From an uncultured Eubacterium sp. (GTDB lineage: Bacteria > Bacillota > Clostridia > Lachnospirales > Lachnospiraceae), in the NCBI GenBank assembly GCA_910579145.1, contig CAJTTQ010000001.1, positions 13,695 to 77,694 of the forward strand: a stretch of 64,000 bases of DNA. The letters run 5' to 3'. The notes under the pieces were generated by a model that ran no database searches, was not told where the DNA came from, and saw only the letters and a program-made list of their open reading frames with translations. Positions within the stretch are counted from its first letter, which is position 1. Every line of letters begins with the position of its first letter. Below, piece by piece: positions 1 to 10,109 of the stretch. A program made the translations under genes and the position numbers.

Positions 1-2388
1 AACTCAACTACGGTCACGTATGGGATCGTGGACTGTTATGTCGACCGGACATTAAAAGAGTCGGACCCGGCCCGCTACGCAAAACAGCGTGAACAGTTCC
101 GGCAGCAGTTGGAACAGGCCGCGAGTCAGCAGAGGGAATTTATCGATCTGTGGTATCGGCTGGCAAAGCCGGAGAAACGCGCGCAGCTTTTGTCAAACCG
201 TATGGTGTTTGACAGTCTGCGGATCTATTCGGAGACGACGATCGATGCCAGTACAGAGTGGTCGGCCAAATTCGGGAGTGATGCCTCTGTGGGTGTCCGC
301 GAATTTATGACGCCGTTAAATATGTATACGACGTTTTTCTTCTCGGACGGCATGGCAGAGGGGGCCAATGTCCGCTATTTTCTGTCAAAGGCGTTGACAG
401 AACGGGGACTGGCGACTTATTCCCATGAACTGACCCATCTGTACGTCTCTTCGCTCATGCTGAACGGGTATGAGGCAAGGGACGGCATGCAGGCGGAAGT
501 GTATACGAGGGGAATGTTTGAGCCGTATGAACCAAACGATCCCCCAGTGTTTAACCTGAACCTGATCTATGACCGCGCGTCGAAGCAGGAGCGGTTCCAC
601 AACGCAGTACCAGGGCGGTTTCAGGACGAGCCTGACCTGCAGGAGTATATGCAGGGGATCCTGGATGTGATCTATACGCTTGATTATGCAGAAGCGGATG
701 TCGTGCTGGAACGGTCGCCAGAGGAAAAACAGAAATGGTTTCATAAACTGGAACAGATCGAGGACACGGACAATAGGAACAAACCGGGAGAAGCTGGTTC
801 GAAGCACTATGTCGATTCTGTGAGGGAACTGACACTTGAGGAAGCGGGGAAGCTAAATTCTCTCAGTGACCTGATCACAAACAGCATCCTCGTCTCCCGT
901 TATGAGGTGAACGGCACGCAGACGACGGGAACTCTCAAAAACAACGGTTATTATGTTGTGCCGTTGTTTAGCGCCAACTATGCCGGTGTACAAAATGACA
1001 CCGGTGTCAGCGGGGATGTCATGATACGGCGGCAGGCATTTGAACTGCTTGCTGAATTTGGGTATTACGGCGGCATGGTGCCTTATCTATCCAATCAGTA
1101 TAAACAAAAGGCCATTTCGGAACAAACGCTCTTGTCCGATACTTATATACTGAACAAGATATTTGCCGGTGCCTATGGGACAATGGCTGATTTTAAAGCA
1201 GAAATGTTCGAGAAACGGATCGAACAGGCCGGCAAGTTAAAACCGGTTACGATCACATGGGAAAACAAGACGGTAACGATCCCGGATTTTGCGTCGATGC
1301 GTGAACTTATGTGCCAGGCGGTGGAAAGCGATCTGAAAAATGTCGTGGCGCTTCCCGGCGGTTCCAACAATATCCGCGCGCAGCAGACAAAGGTGGAGAA
1401 GCTAAAAGCGGAAATCTTCCGTTCCTATTTATTGCAGACGGACGATTTTGAAAAAACGATCTACCGCGACGGGCAGGAACCAGTGGAGCCATCCACCCGG
1501 CCGACACAAAAGCCGATCGTTCCAGAGGAAACGTCGACTCCGGGGGCATCTGGCGCACCGTGGGAGCCGTCATCGGAACCGACGCAGAAGCCGTCAGGAA
1601 CATCAAAACCGACTAGCCAGCCGACACAAAAGCCGATCGTTCCAGAGGAAACGTCGACTCCGGGGGCATCTGGCGCACCGTGGGAGCCGTCATCCGAGCC
1701 GACGCAGAAGCCGCCGGTCGATCCGACTGGGAAACCGACCGTTCCACAGCCGTCGCCAGATCCAGTGAAACCGTCATCAGAACCAACGATGGAACCGTCG
1801 GGAACATCGGAGCCGTCGGTTATTCCTCCAGAGGAACAAACAGTGCAAAGAAACCTGCTTCTGCCAAAAGTGACATCTGCTAAAACGTCTCAAGTGATTC
1901 GATGGAATGCGGTCGGGCAGGCGGAAGGATATGTTGTTTACAGAGCGCGCTCGAATGGCAGATGGAAACGCCTGCGGACAGTGGGGAAAAATGTACGCAG
2001 GGTGAAATGCGGTGGACTTAAAAAAGGGACACGGTATAAATATTATGTGGCAGCTTATCGGATCATTGACGGGAAGCGGGTGGTCCTAACAAAATCCCTG
2101 CCCGTATACAGTGCGACAAAGGGCGGCAGATACGGGAATGTATCGAAGATACGCATCAAGGCTCAGGCAGTAAAGGTAAGGACTGGCCAGAAGATCCGCC
2201 TGAACGTTAAAGTGTCGGGGAAAAAGACGAAGAAAGCAGATAAGCTGGTTCGCTATATCATCACGGATCGATCCGTGGCAGACGTATCAAAGAAGGGGAC
2301 CATCACGGGAGTGCGGCGTGGGAGCTGTTATCTTTACTGCATAACCCGGAACGGCCTGTATCAAAGGATTAAAATTGATGTGAAGTAA
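1..2388 (+). CDS. ZmpA/ZmpB/ZmpC (M26, IgA1-protease-like) zinc metallopeptidase, 5'-truncated; Pro/Ser/Thr linker, FN3-like and Ig-like (Big_2) C-terminal domains
   Basis: Frame 1 is open from base 1. ATYSHELTH zinc motif followed by GMQAEVY (third-ligand Glu), FELLAEFGYYGGMVPYLSNQY typical of the M26 C-terminal region; basic FN3-like (WNAV..YVVYR..YKYYVAAY) and Big_2-like (VADVSKKGTITG) tail. Confidence 0.8.
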   Translation, partial: NSTTVTYGIVDCYVDRTLKESDPARYAKQREQFRQQLEQAASQQREFIDLWYRLAKPEKRAQLLSNRMVFDSLRIYSETTIDASTEWSAKFGSDASVGVREFMTPLNMYTTFFFSDGMAEGANVRYFLSKALTERGLATYSHELTHLYVSSLMLNGYEARDGMQAEVYTRGMFEPYEPNDPPVFNLNLIYDRASKQERFHNAVPGRFQDEPDLQEYMQGILDVIYTLDYAEADVVLERSPEEKQKWFHKLEQIEDTDNRNKPGEAGSKHYVDSVRELTLEEAGKLNSLSDLITNSILVSRYEVNGTQTTGTLKNNGYYVVPLFSANYAGVQNDTGVSGDVMIRRQAFELLAEFGYYGGMVPYLSNQYKQKAISEQTLLSDTYILNKIFAGAYGTMADFKAEMFEKRIEQAGKLKPVTITWENKTVTIPDFASMRELMCQAVESDLKNVVALPGGSNNIRAQQTKVEKLKAEIFRSYLLQTDDFEKTIYRDGQEPVEPSTRPTQKPIVPEETSTPGASGAPWEPSSEPTQKPSGTSKPTSQPTQKPIVPEETSTPGASGAPWEPSSEPTQKPPVDPTGKPTVPQPSPDPVKPSSEPTMEPSGTSEPSVIPPEEQTVQRNLLLPKVTSAKTSQVIRWNAVGQAEGYVVYRARSNGRWKRLRTVGKNVRRVKCGGLKKGTRYKYYVAAYRIIDGKRVVLTKSLPVYSATKGGRYGNVSKIRIKAQAVKVRTGQKIRLNVKVSGKKTKKADKLVRYIITDRSVADVSKKGTITGVRRGSCYLYCITRNGLYQRIKIDVK
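1501..1713 (+). repeat. Intragenic direct repeat, 120-bp period, encoding PTQKPIVPEETSTPGASGAPWEPSSEPTQKP twice
   Basis: 1501-1593 and 1621-1713 are near-identical. Confidence 0.95.
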
Positions 2389-2404
2389 ATGTGTTCCCGA
2401 TCAG

Positions 2405-2452
2405 AACAAGCACAGCCAGTCGACAGGGGTGTGCTTGTTTTTCCCCTTTTTA
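2405..2452 (+). terminator. Intrinsic terminator after the peptidase gene
   Basis: AACAAGCACA / TGTGCTTGTT stem followed by T-rich tract. Confidence 0.7.
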
Positions 2453-2494
2453 ATGTGAATGCTGGCTGCAAAACGGGAATTTGGTTTTACAAAC

Positions 2495-2564
2495 TGCCAA
2501 TTGTACCCTCAAACATGCAAATTGTTCCGTTTGGTGGATAGGAACGAGGCGTTTATGTTACAAT
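2495..2564 (+). promoter_or_regulatory. Imperfect direct repeat (21-bp period) upstream of an extended -10; possible LytTR-type activator site
   Basis: TGCCAATTGTACC (2495-2507) and TGCAAATTGTTCC (2516-2528); TG-n-TACAAT at 2556-2564. Confidence 0.45.
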
Positions 2565-2623
2565 AATCCAGTATGATGGATAGCACAGGAAGCGGGCGTG
2601 GGCGCTTCGGGACGGAGGAATAG

Positions 2624-3916
2624 ATGCTAGGTGGTTCTTTTTGGGTAGCGGGTGTGAGGAATGGTATGGCGGCTTGTTTGATGATGGCAGTTTTTCTGCT
2701 TCTCGACCGCCCTCGACTTCCCATGAAAAAAACCATTTGCTGTTATGTTTTGTTTGGAGCAGCAGCCGTAGTCTGTTTCAGTGTATGGTATGCCCTCGAC
2801 TGGGAATCCTTTGTCCGCTTTTCCGGTATGCTCACCATTCCGGTGATCGGCATATTCTGCACGAAACTGAGCAGGGAAACGATCTATGTATCTTTGTATA
2901 AGCTGACGCTCGGGTTTTACTTGATTTCCGTGATTGTATTTTGCGGCATTGATGCGGCGCGATTATGGTTTTCGGAGAGTATATGGGCGGATTTTGCGGT
3001 ACGCTTTGTGCTGATGACGCTTATGATCGCGGTCATCGCGCGGAACGTCCGAACGCGTTTTTTGGAGGGCATAGACTATGTGAGGGAAGAGATGGACTGC
3101 TTCAGCACGATTACAGTATTCTTCTCCATACTGACGGCGGCACTCGTGGCATTTTGGCCGGGAACCCATGTATTTTCCATGTTTCATGTCGTGAGGACGC
3201 TCATTCTTTTTCTAATGGCTGGGATCATACAGTTTATGGTGTATAAGATCTATCTCCACCGGGGCAGGGAGCGCCGTTATCAGGTGGAAAATGAACTGCT
3301 TGAGACGAATGAGCGGCTTATAAGCCGGCAGTTGGAGTTGATGCGCGAGTCAAGGGAGGAGGCGGCCAGGATACGGCATGATGTGCGCCATCACAGTCTC
3401 CTGATCGAGAAATATATCAAAAACGGGGAAAACGATAAGCTGCTCGCTTATGTGAAACAGTACAGGGAAGATGTGGAGAATCGTGGAACGGAATGTATCA
3501 GTGGAAATGAAACGATCAGTAATATCCTGTCCCTGTACGCCCGACAGGCCAAAAAGGAAGGCATTGAGGTTTTGATGTGTGTCGGGGTCGCAGGAGACGT
3601 TGCCGTGCGGGACATTGATCTCGTCGCTGTCATTGCCAATGTTTTTGAGAATGCGATACATGGCTGCCAGTCTTCTGGCAAACCGGATCAGAAAATTTTT
3701 GTGTCGGTCGACCAAAAGGGGAAGAAGATCGTCGTCCAGTGCCGAAATACCTGCCTGGCAGATCTTAAATTTAAAAATGGCGTGCCGCAGTCGGATTCTG
3801 GAAAGAGCATCGGCATATCAAGTATTTTAAAAGTGGTATCCTATTATAGAGGAGAAGCGGAGTTTTCAGTAAAAGACGGGATGTTTATCACAAAGATCCT
3901 GTTACATATCATGTAA
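2624..3916 (+). CDS. Multi-TM sensor histidine kinase, AgrC/VirS-like (GHKL domain)
   Basis: Hydrophobic N-terminal half; H-box IRHDVRHH; N-box [12 protein letters not shown]-box SIGISSI; GGAGG RBS. Confidence 0.88.
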   Translation: MLGGSFWVAGVRNGMAACLMMAVFLLLDRPRLPMKKTICCYVLFGAAAVVCFSVWYALDWESFVRFSGMLTIPVIGIFCTKLSRETIYVSLYKLTLGFYLISVIVFCGIDAARLWFSESIWADFAVRFVLMTLMIAVIARNVRTRFLEGIDYVREEMDCFSTITVFFSILTAALVAFWPGTHVFSMFHVVRTLILFLMAGIIQFMVYKIYLHRGRERRYQVENELLETNERLISRQLELMRESREEAARIRHDVRHHSLLIEKYIKNGENDKLLAYVKQYREDVENRGTECISGNETISNILSLYARQAKKEGIEVLMCVGVAGDVAVRDIDLVAVIANVFENAIHGCQSSGKPDQKIFVSVDQKGKKIVVQCRNTCLADLKFKNGVPQSDSGKSIGISSILKVVSYYRGEAEFSVKDGMFITKILLHIM

Positions 3917-3932
3917 AGAAATGAGGCTGATT

Positions 3933-5933
3933 ATGAGAAGGACAATGAAAGGAAAACTGACGATCAGCGTGATCGCTATTGTAGTGGCAAGCATTATGCT
4001 GACAACAATCGGCACTGTCGTGGTGGCGGGAAGGAACCTGATCCAGGATCAGACGGAGGCGCTGCAGCTCAATGCAGAAAAATACGCGGAAGAGATCAAC
4101 ACATGGATCGAAAATGAAAAAATGCTGGCGGACGGCGCAGCGAACAGTGTGGAAGCCGCCGCGGATACATCAGATGGCTTGATACAGTCCGTGTTAGACA
4201 CATTCGCGTCAGACCGGCCAGAACTGTTAAATTTATACTGCGGAACGAAGGAAAGTAAGTTCCTCCAGTCGAACCGGGACGCGGAAATACCGGATGGGTA
4301 TGACCCGGTACAGCGCGGCTGGTATCAGCAGGCGGCAGAGGAGAAGGCGGTCATCGTGACCGATCCTTACTGGGACGTGCTGACGAACCAGATGTGTACG
4401 ACGATCGCGGCACCGGTTTACATAAATGGAAGTCTCGAGGCCGTGATCGGTCTGGATGTCACATTGGGCACGGTGACGGACCTGACTGGGAGCATTAATT
4501 TTGCCGACGGTGTTTATGGCTTTTTGGCTGACAGCAGCGGAAAATATGTGGCACACCGGAATAAGGAGTATGAGCCGACGGAAGACGCGGCAGTTGCTGT
4601 GACGGATATTTTACCCGGGTTGGATGCTCTCATAAACGGAGCGGACAGCGGTGTGGAAAAAATGAGGGATTACGACGGGACACAATGTTATTTTGCCGCG
4701 TCGGTCATTGAGGCGAGCAGCTGGAAACTCGGTGTCGTGGTGCCGACGGCAAACGTCGTGAAATCGCTTACTACAATGGTAGTTGTGGCGCTTGTGACCG
4801 CGCTTCTTATGATCGTTTTGGTAGCTGTGTTCATGGCAGGACTGATCGGCAGGACGCTGGCGCCGGTGCAGATGCTCAAGCAGTTTGCATCAGGTGATTT
4901 TTCTGAACATACCGTGAGTGAGACAGCGATACCGAAAGAGTATAAAAATGAGACGGAGCAAATCCGTACGGCGACGGTAGAAGTAAAACAGCAGATACGG
5001 ACCATTATACTCCATACGAAAGAAGAGGCGCAGAGTATCGGCACGATCGCGGAAGGTACATCGGAGGAAATGGCTGTGCTGACGAAGGGGATTTCCCATA
5101 TTTTACAGTCAGTCGTGGAAGTGCTCAGACAGACGAGTGCGGCAAAAGAACTGGCAGACCATATGGAATCGACCGGACAGGAGCTCGGAGGACTTGTGGA
5201 AGATGTGGCGAAAAAAGCCGGGGAGGCGGCTGCGCAGTCAGGCGATATCATGAGCCGCGCCGGAAAGCAGCATGAAAGTTCTGAACTGGCTGGCAGAGAA
5301 GCTGTCTCCATGTATCAGGAGACGAAAGGGGAGTTGGAGCGGGCGATCGCGGACAGCCAGCGCGTGCGGGATATCAATACCCTGACAGAAGAGATCCTCT
5401 CGATCAGTTCCCAGACAAACCTGCTGGCGCTGAACGCCTCGATCGAGGCGGCGCGCGCCGGAGAAGCCGGAAAGGGTTTTGCCGTTGTGGCGGATGAGAT
5501 CCGCGAACTCGCTGACCACTCGAGGGATGCGGTGGATAAAATACGTCAGGTAACGGAAGATGTCATGCAGAATGTATCGGTTTTGTCAGATCGATCGGAG
5601 AGTCTGCTGACATTTATGAATGAAAAGGTCATGCGCGATTACAGGAGCATGACGGAGCTTGCCGGCATGTATAAAGAAGACGCGGTTTTTTACAATGGCA
5701 TTTCCAGTGATCTGGGATCTGCTTCCGAACAGATGAGTGCCGCGATGGAGGGCATTAATGAAACGATCCGGTCGATCACGTCGCTGGTCGGCGATATTGA
5801 CAGATGTATACAGGGTATGGAGCGTTTTGCAAAGAATTCCAATGAGAATTCCAATACAGTACTTGGGAAAATGGAGGAATTGTTCCGGTTAAGCGAACTT
5901 TTAAATGAAACGGTGGCCTCTTTTAAAGTATGA
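3933..5933 (+). CDS. Methyl-accepting chemotaxis protein with dCache sensor domain
   Basis: Two TM helices; [15 protein letters not shown] Cache motif; [31 protein letters not shown] signalling hairpin. Alternative start 3921. Confidence 0.95.
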   Translation: MRRTMKGKLTISVIAIVVASIMLTTIGTVVVAGRNLIQDQTEALQLNAEKYAEEINTWIENEKMLADGAANSVEAAADTSDGLIQSVLDTFASDRPELLNLYCGTKESKFLQSNRDAEIPDGYDPVQRGWYQQAAEEKAVIVTDPYWDVLTNQMCTTIAAPVYINGSLEAVIGLDVTLGTVTDLTGSINFADGVYGFLADSSGKYVAHRNKEYEPTEDAAVAVTDILPGLDALINGADSGVEKMRDYDGTQCYFAASVIEASSWKLGVVVPTANVVKSLTTMVVVALVTALLMIVLVAVFMAGLIGRTLAPVQMLKQFASGDFSEHTVSETAIPKEYKNETEQIRTATVEVKQQIRTIILHTKEEAQSIGTIAEGTSEEMAVLTKGISHILQSVVEVLRQTSAAKELADHMESTGQELGGLVEDVAKKAGEAAAQSGDIMSRAGKQHESSELAGREAVSMYQETKGELERAIADSQRVRDINTLTEEILSISSQTNLLALNASIEAARAGEAGKGFAVVADEIRELADHSRDAVDKIRQVTEDVMQNVSVLSDRSESLLTFMNEKVMRDYRSMTELAGMYKEDAVFYNGISSDLGSASEQMSAAMEGINETIRSITSLVGDIDRCIQGMERFAKNSNENSNTVLGKMEELFRLSELLNETVASFKV

Positions 5934-5954
5934 TCCGATACCGCGTTCATACAC

Positions 5955-6001
5955 GGCGCACCTGCAAGTGTGGAAATACCTTGCAGGTGTGCCATTTTTT
6001 T
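5955..6001 (+). terminator. Intrinsic terminator
   Basis: GGCGCACCTGCAAG / CTTGCAGGTGTGCC stem plus T tract. Confidence 0.8.
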
Positions 6002-6002
6002 C

Positions 6003-6062
6003 TTGACACTTGCGCGGCATTTGTGTATACTGACTGTATGGATTGAAGTGGTACAGTTAGTA
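6003..6062 (+). promoter_or_regulatory. SigA promoter with overlapping inverted-repeat operator for the YtrA-type GntR repressor
   Basis: TTGACA-17-TATACT (6003-6031); TACTGACTGTA (6028-6038) / TACAGTTAGTA (6052-6062) inverted repeat with one mismatch. Confidence 0.75.
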
Positions 6063-6098
6063 CAGGTGCAGGCTTTATAACGGGAAGGAGGTGATTGT

Positions 6099-6476
6099 GT
6101 GATACAAATTAATCCAACGAATAACCAGCCTATTTTTGAGCAGATCATATCCCAGATCAAGATGCTTGTTCTGAAAGGGTATTTAAAACCGGGGGACGGT
6201 CTTCCGTCTGTGCGCAAACTCGCGCTGAAACTTTCTGTGACGCCGGGGACGGTAGCGAAGGCCTACAGTGAACTGGAGCGTCAGAACGTCATTGTGACGA
6301 TACGGGGGAAAGGAGCTTATATCGCGGAAAAATGTGATCATAAGCCGTCTGAGACACAGCTTAAAAGGGGATTTCTCGCATTCCGGGGTGTATGTATGGA
6401 CTTGATCTATATGGGGATCCAGAGAGAGGAGTTGGAGGAACAACTGGAGGATATTTACAGTAATATTGTCCGGTGA
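6099..6476 (+). CDS. GntR family transcriptional regulator, YtrA subfamily
   Basis: 125 aa; PIFEQI..LKPGDGLPSVRKLA..TVAKAYSELE..RGKGAYI; precedes an ABC ATPase. Confidence 0.93.
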   Translation: MIQINPTNNQPIFEQIISQIKMLVLKGYLKPGDGLPSVRKLALKLSVTPGTVAKAYSELERQNVIVTIRGKGAYIAEKCDHKPSETQLKRGFLAFRGVCMDLIYMGIQREELEEQLEDIYSNIVR

Positions 6477-6561
6477 AACAGGTAGACCCGGCCTGCACGA
6501 CGGAACCGCTTACCGTTGCAAACAAAGGGAGAAAGAGGAAATCTCAGAAATGGAGGAAAAG

Positions 6562-7464
6562 ATGATTGAATTAAAGCAAGTGACCAAGTCGTATGACAAA
6601 GGCGAAAAGCCCGTCGTAGAAGATATCTCATTCTCGGTGGAACAGGGAAAGATCCACGGGCTGATCGGGCCGAACGGCTCTGGTAAGACGACACTGATCA
6701 AGTGTATTACCGGAATTTTGAAAGTGGACTCGGGAGAAATTTTAGTGGATGGAAAACCGGTTTTCGACAATCCGGAAGTAAAAAAACACATGGGATATGT
6801 GGCAGATAACTGTAATTTTTTTCCGAAATACCGGGTGCAGGATATGGTGAAATTTTACGGGGGCATGTTTGATAAATTTGACCGCGCGGAATTTGATAAG
6901 TTGAATGAAATTTTTAAGATTCCGGTAAAACGAAAGATCGGACATCTTTCGAAAGGGCAGAAGATGCGGACATCGTTTATGCTCAATATGGCCCTGAGCC
7001 CGGATGTGCTCGTACTCGATGAGCCGACGAGCGGACTGGACGCGATCGCCAAGGCGGATCTGCTCGATCATATTGTGACAAAAGTAGAATACGGGGAGAT
7101 CGCAGTGATCATTTCCACCCATCATCTGTATGAATTGGAAAAGATATGCGATACGGTTACGATGCTCGGAGAGACCGGTGTGAAGTATCAGGGAAATCTC
7201 GATGAGGTCAAGGCGCAGATCAGCAAATACCAGGTCGTATTTAAAAACGGTGTACCGGAAGGCGTATTGAACGACAGGCGTGTCATCAGTTATTCCAATA
7301 TCGGCAGTGTGTATACTTTTTTGTGGGACCATGTGCTCGATGAGGAACAGGAGGGCGCCGAGGCGTTCTTTGGCGGAAAGGGCGCGGATCTGGTCGAGCA
7401 GACGGAGATTTCTTTGGAGGAGCTGTTTATTTATTCAAATCGAAGGAGGAGGGACCATGAGTAA
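6562..7464 (+). CDS. ABC transporter ATP-binding protein (YtrB-like)
   Basis: GPNGSGKTT, LSKGQ, LVLDEPTSGLD, H-loop; start chosen after GGAGG (alternative 6550). Confidence 0.93.
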   Translation: MIELKQVTKSYDKGEKPVVEDISFSVEQGKIHGLIGPNGSGKTTLIKCITGILKVDSGEILVDGKPVFDNPEVKKHMGYVADNCNFFPKYRVQDMVKFYGGMFDKFDRAEFDKLNEIFKIPVKRKIGHLSKGQKMRTSFMLNMALSPDVLVLDEPTSGLDAIAKADLLDHIVTKVEYGEIAVIISTHHLYELEKICDTVTMLGETGVKYQGNLDEVKAQISKYQVVFKNGVPEGVLNDRRVISYSNIGSVYTFLWDHVLDEEQEGAEAFFGGKGADLVEQTEISLEELFIYSNRRRRDHE

Positions 7465-8584
7465 ACCAGCTGTTACATATATGAAAAGGGAATGGAAAAA
7501 AGTACTTCCGGTACTCGTATTATCGGTATGTTATGCCGCTTTTGTTTTTGTCCTTGTGTTTCTTTCGATGAGTGACATGAATACGTCGTTCCGGTTGATG
7601 ATGGCGTACCCGGATGGGTATTCTAGTTTTGAGATCGGGGATATGTTCATTACGTCGATGTACGATGTGTTGAGCAGATTTCATGGGTTTGCCGTGATCG
7701 TCTTTGAGGCGATGCTCATCCGCAAGGTATTCTATCAGGAAAATCGTGCCGGAATTTCTGACTTTCTCCGCATCCTTCCGATCAAAGAGAGGAACAAGGC
7801 GGCGATGAAGGTGTGCGCCGGGGAGAGTGCTATTTTTGGATTTTGCGTATTTTTTGGTGTTTTTGGAACGATCACCAACGCGATTTTGAGTAAAGGGCTT
7901 GCTGAAAATGCCAGCATCATGCCGATCGAAAAACTGACGGATGGCGGCGTTATGTCCAATGCTTATTTGATGATCTGGCAGACATCAGGTATGATGTTTC
8001 TGGCGCTGAGCGCTATGTTTCTCGTGTTGTTTGTGATGCAGAGCTGTATCCATAATATGCCGGTAGCCATGTTTGCGGGATTTGGCATGCTGTTCGTGCC
8101 GACTTATTATACGCTGTTATATGAAATGACGACAATAAAAGATCTCCACATGAGTAAGGTTGCAGGGGTTTTTTTGAATCATTATCCTGCGATCAATTTT
8201 GGTGATGAGTATATAGGTGAAACAGAGATCTACACGATGGGGGCAGAATGGGGATACATGGGTGAGAAGATCCTGTTTTTGGCGGTGGTCATAGTTGCGG
8301 CGGTCGGGATTTTGGCACTTCTTCTCCGTATGCGCTGGAATATCCGGGAATCGAATAACCGGATGATCAATTCTCCCGCTGTAACTGAATTTATCGTGAC
8401 CGGATTTTCCATCAGCGCGGGGACGGCAGTCGCAGTTATCACAGGAAATATGCCATACCCGGCGGCGGAAACCGTGATGGAGAAGTACGGATTTTACATT
8501 GTGACGTTTATGGTAGGGTGTATTGTGTGGGCGATGATCCACGGAATCGGACTGGCAGTGATGAAACGCCAGAGGGGGGCGTAA
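7457..8584 (+). CDS. ABC-2-type transporter permease
   Basis: Multiple TM segments; overlaps ATPase stop; AGGAGG RBS; FLRILPIK loop motif. Confidence 0.75.
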   Translation: MSKPAVTYMKREWKKVLPVLVLSVCYAAFVFVLVFLSMSDMNTSFRLMMAYPDGYSSFEIGDMFITSMYDVLSRFHGFAVIVFEAMLIRKVFYQENRAGISDFLRILPIKERNKAAMKVCAGESAIFGFCVFFGVFGTITNAILSKGLAENASIMPIEKLTDGGVMSNAYLMIWQTSGMMFLALSAMFLVLFVMQSCIHNMPVAMFAGFGMLFVPTYYTLLYEMTTIKDLHMSKVAGVFLNHYPAINFGDEYIGETEIYTMGAEWGYMGEKILFLAVVIVAAVGILALLLRMRWNIRESNNRMINSPAVTEFIVTGFSISAGTAVAVITGNMPYPAAETVMEKYGFYIVTFMVGCIVWAMIHGIGLAVMKRQRGA

Positions 8585-8632
8585 GATCTGCATGAAGCGG
8601 GTCATATCGTTTGGAAAGGAGACAGAGATATC

Positions 8633-9835
8633 ATGAGAAAGGATAACATAAGTGCGGTCATCGGCATCCTGCTGATATTCGTGATCGGCGCATTATTTTT
8701 AGTGTTTTGTAAGGCCACGGCAGCCAATGCGCCTGTGCAGGTGGATTCGGATTACGAGGATTATGATGATATGGACGATGAGGACGAAGAACCAAGTGTA
8801 GTAGCAACACTCGATCAGAGAGGGTATGCCGCGTACCAGCCGCTGCCGGAACGGATACAAAAGCTCATTGATTCAAACCTGTTCGGGGTGACAGAGGAGA
8901 AGATCAAACTTGCCGAAGAGGAATTGTTTGAGGGCTATGAGACGGAGGAGGATTACGCGGAAGATTATTTCGATGAGGACGAAGAGTATGATCCGGAGGA
9001 ACTGGCAGAACTGATCGAGGAAGAGAAGGAGTACAGCAAAGAGGAATTGGAGGAAGAGTATGAGGATACGCTTAAATTCATAAAGAAGTTTGATGCCCCG
9101 GAGTTCTTGAACAGGAATAATAATCTGTTTGTCACTGCAGATAACGATGAGGACGAGGTAGAAGCTTTGTATTGTCCGTTAAAGTGGGATAACAAAACAG
9201 GTGAATGTTTGGATAAGCAGAAATTAGCGGTGATCGAGAGCTGCGGATTTTCTGGTTTTGTGGACATGGTTGCGGAAGTGGAAAGACAGGAGAAAGACAG
9301 TGCAGGTGTTCTCCAAAAGATGGCAGACTATTTTGACGGGTACGAGGATGGCTACTATGAGGATGGGGACGGGTATAAGCTGTATTGTCAGGGGGTTGAA
9401 TTTCTTATCACTTCTTCCTATGGAGAGTATCGTTATCTTTCTGTCAACTTAAACCGTTCTAGCTGCTTTATTCCGCAGCAGTATCGGAACGTGGTAGACG
9501 GTGTGAGGGCAGATGGCGGTTATGATCTGCTTTCTTCTTATGTCGCCGGGGGCAGAGATGTACTTGTTTTCCGCCGGAATCAAACGGTTAGCATCAATGG
9601 ATTTCTGGAACCGGCAGCTGTGAAAGCGGAATTTGTGGAAAAGAGGATCGTTTTCATTTTTGAACATGGAACGCTGGTTGATTATTATGTTACGTCAGAT
9701 GTGCCAAGATTGAATCTGGATGAGGTGGACAAAAAAGTGCTGGATACATACGCTTCAGGACTTGGCAAAACGTTATCCGGAGTGCCGGAAACAGCACGGA
9801 ATACGGGGAACTATCTGTTCCGCGCGGGAAAATGA
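8633..9835 (+). CDS. Hypothetical membrane-anchored or exported protein with Asp/Glu-rich region
   Basis: AAGGAG RBS; N-terminal hydrophobic helix; long acidic stretches. Confidence 0.7.
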   Translation: MRKDNISAVIGILLIFVIGALFLVFCKATAANAPVQVDSDYEDYDDMDDEDEEPSVVATLDQRGYAAYQPLPERIQKLIDSNLFGVTEEKIKLAEEELFEGYETEEDYAEDYFDEDEEYDPEELAELIEEEKEYSKEELEEEYEDTLKFIKKFDAPEFLNRNNNLFVTADNDEDEVEALYCPLKWDNKTGECLDKQKLAVIESCGFSGFVDMVAEVERQEKDSAGVLQKMADYFDGYEDGYYEDGDGYKLYCQGVEFLITSSYGEYRYLSVNLNRSSCFIPQQYRNVVDGVRADGGYDLLSSYVAGGRDVLVFRRNQTVSINGFLEPAAVKAEFVEKRIVFIFEHGTLVDYYVTSDVPRLNLDEVDKKVLDTYASGLGKTLSGVPETARNTGNYLFRAGK

Positions 9836-9888
9836 TGTCAGGGGATTGACATACGATAGGCAATAAGATAGGCGTTTGAAAAAAATGT

Positions 9889-9917
9889 TTGACAATAACA
9901 GCAAAACATGGTAATAT
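9889..9917 (+). promoter_or_regulatory. SigA-like promoter for the tRNA gene
   Basis: TTGACA-17-TAATAT preceded by an A tract. Confidence 0.6.
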
Positions 9918-9955
9918 AATCAATGTCGTGATGGGGAGACATCCCGGTCACGCAT

Positions 9956-10038
9956 GCGGATGTGGCGGAATGGCAGACGCACAAGACTCAAAATCTTGCG
10001 GGGGTGACCTCGTGTGGGTTCAAGTCCCACCATCCGCA
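9956..10038 (+). tRNA. tRNA-Leu (anticodon CAA), CCA not encoded
   Basis: Acceptor GCGGATG/CATCCGC; D-arm TGGCGGAATGGCAGACGC; anticodon arm CAAGA-CTCAAAA-TCTTG; long variable arm; GTGGGTTCAAGTCCCAC T-arm. Confidence 0.97.
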
Positions 10039-10040
10039 TC

Positions 10041-10087
10041 AAAAGGCGCGAAACAAAACCGGATCGGTTTACGTTTCGCGCCTTTTT
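10041..10087. terminator. Bidirectional terminator between tRNA-Leu and the GH43 gene
   Basis: AAAAGGCGCGAAAC...GTTTCGCGCCTTTTT. Confidence 0.85.
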
Positions 10088-10109
10088 GCAACTTGTTTTT
10101 TGCGGGCGG

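Noticed and set aside
1501..1800. Repeats as a possible CRISPR array
   Set aside because: In-frame coding repeats of a Pro/Thr linker; no unique spacers or cas genes
2573..2623. 16-codon ORF (MMDSTGSGRGRFGTEE) before the kinase, as a possible signalling peptide
   Set aside because: No RBS and no AgrD-like or double-glycine leader features; likely chance
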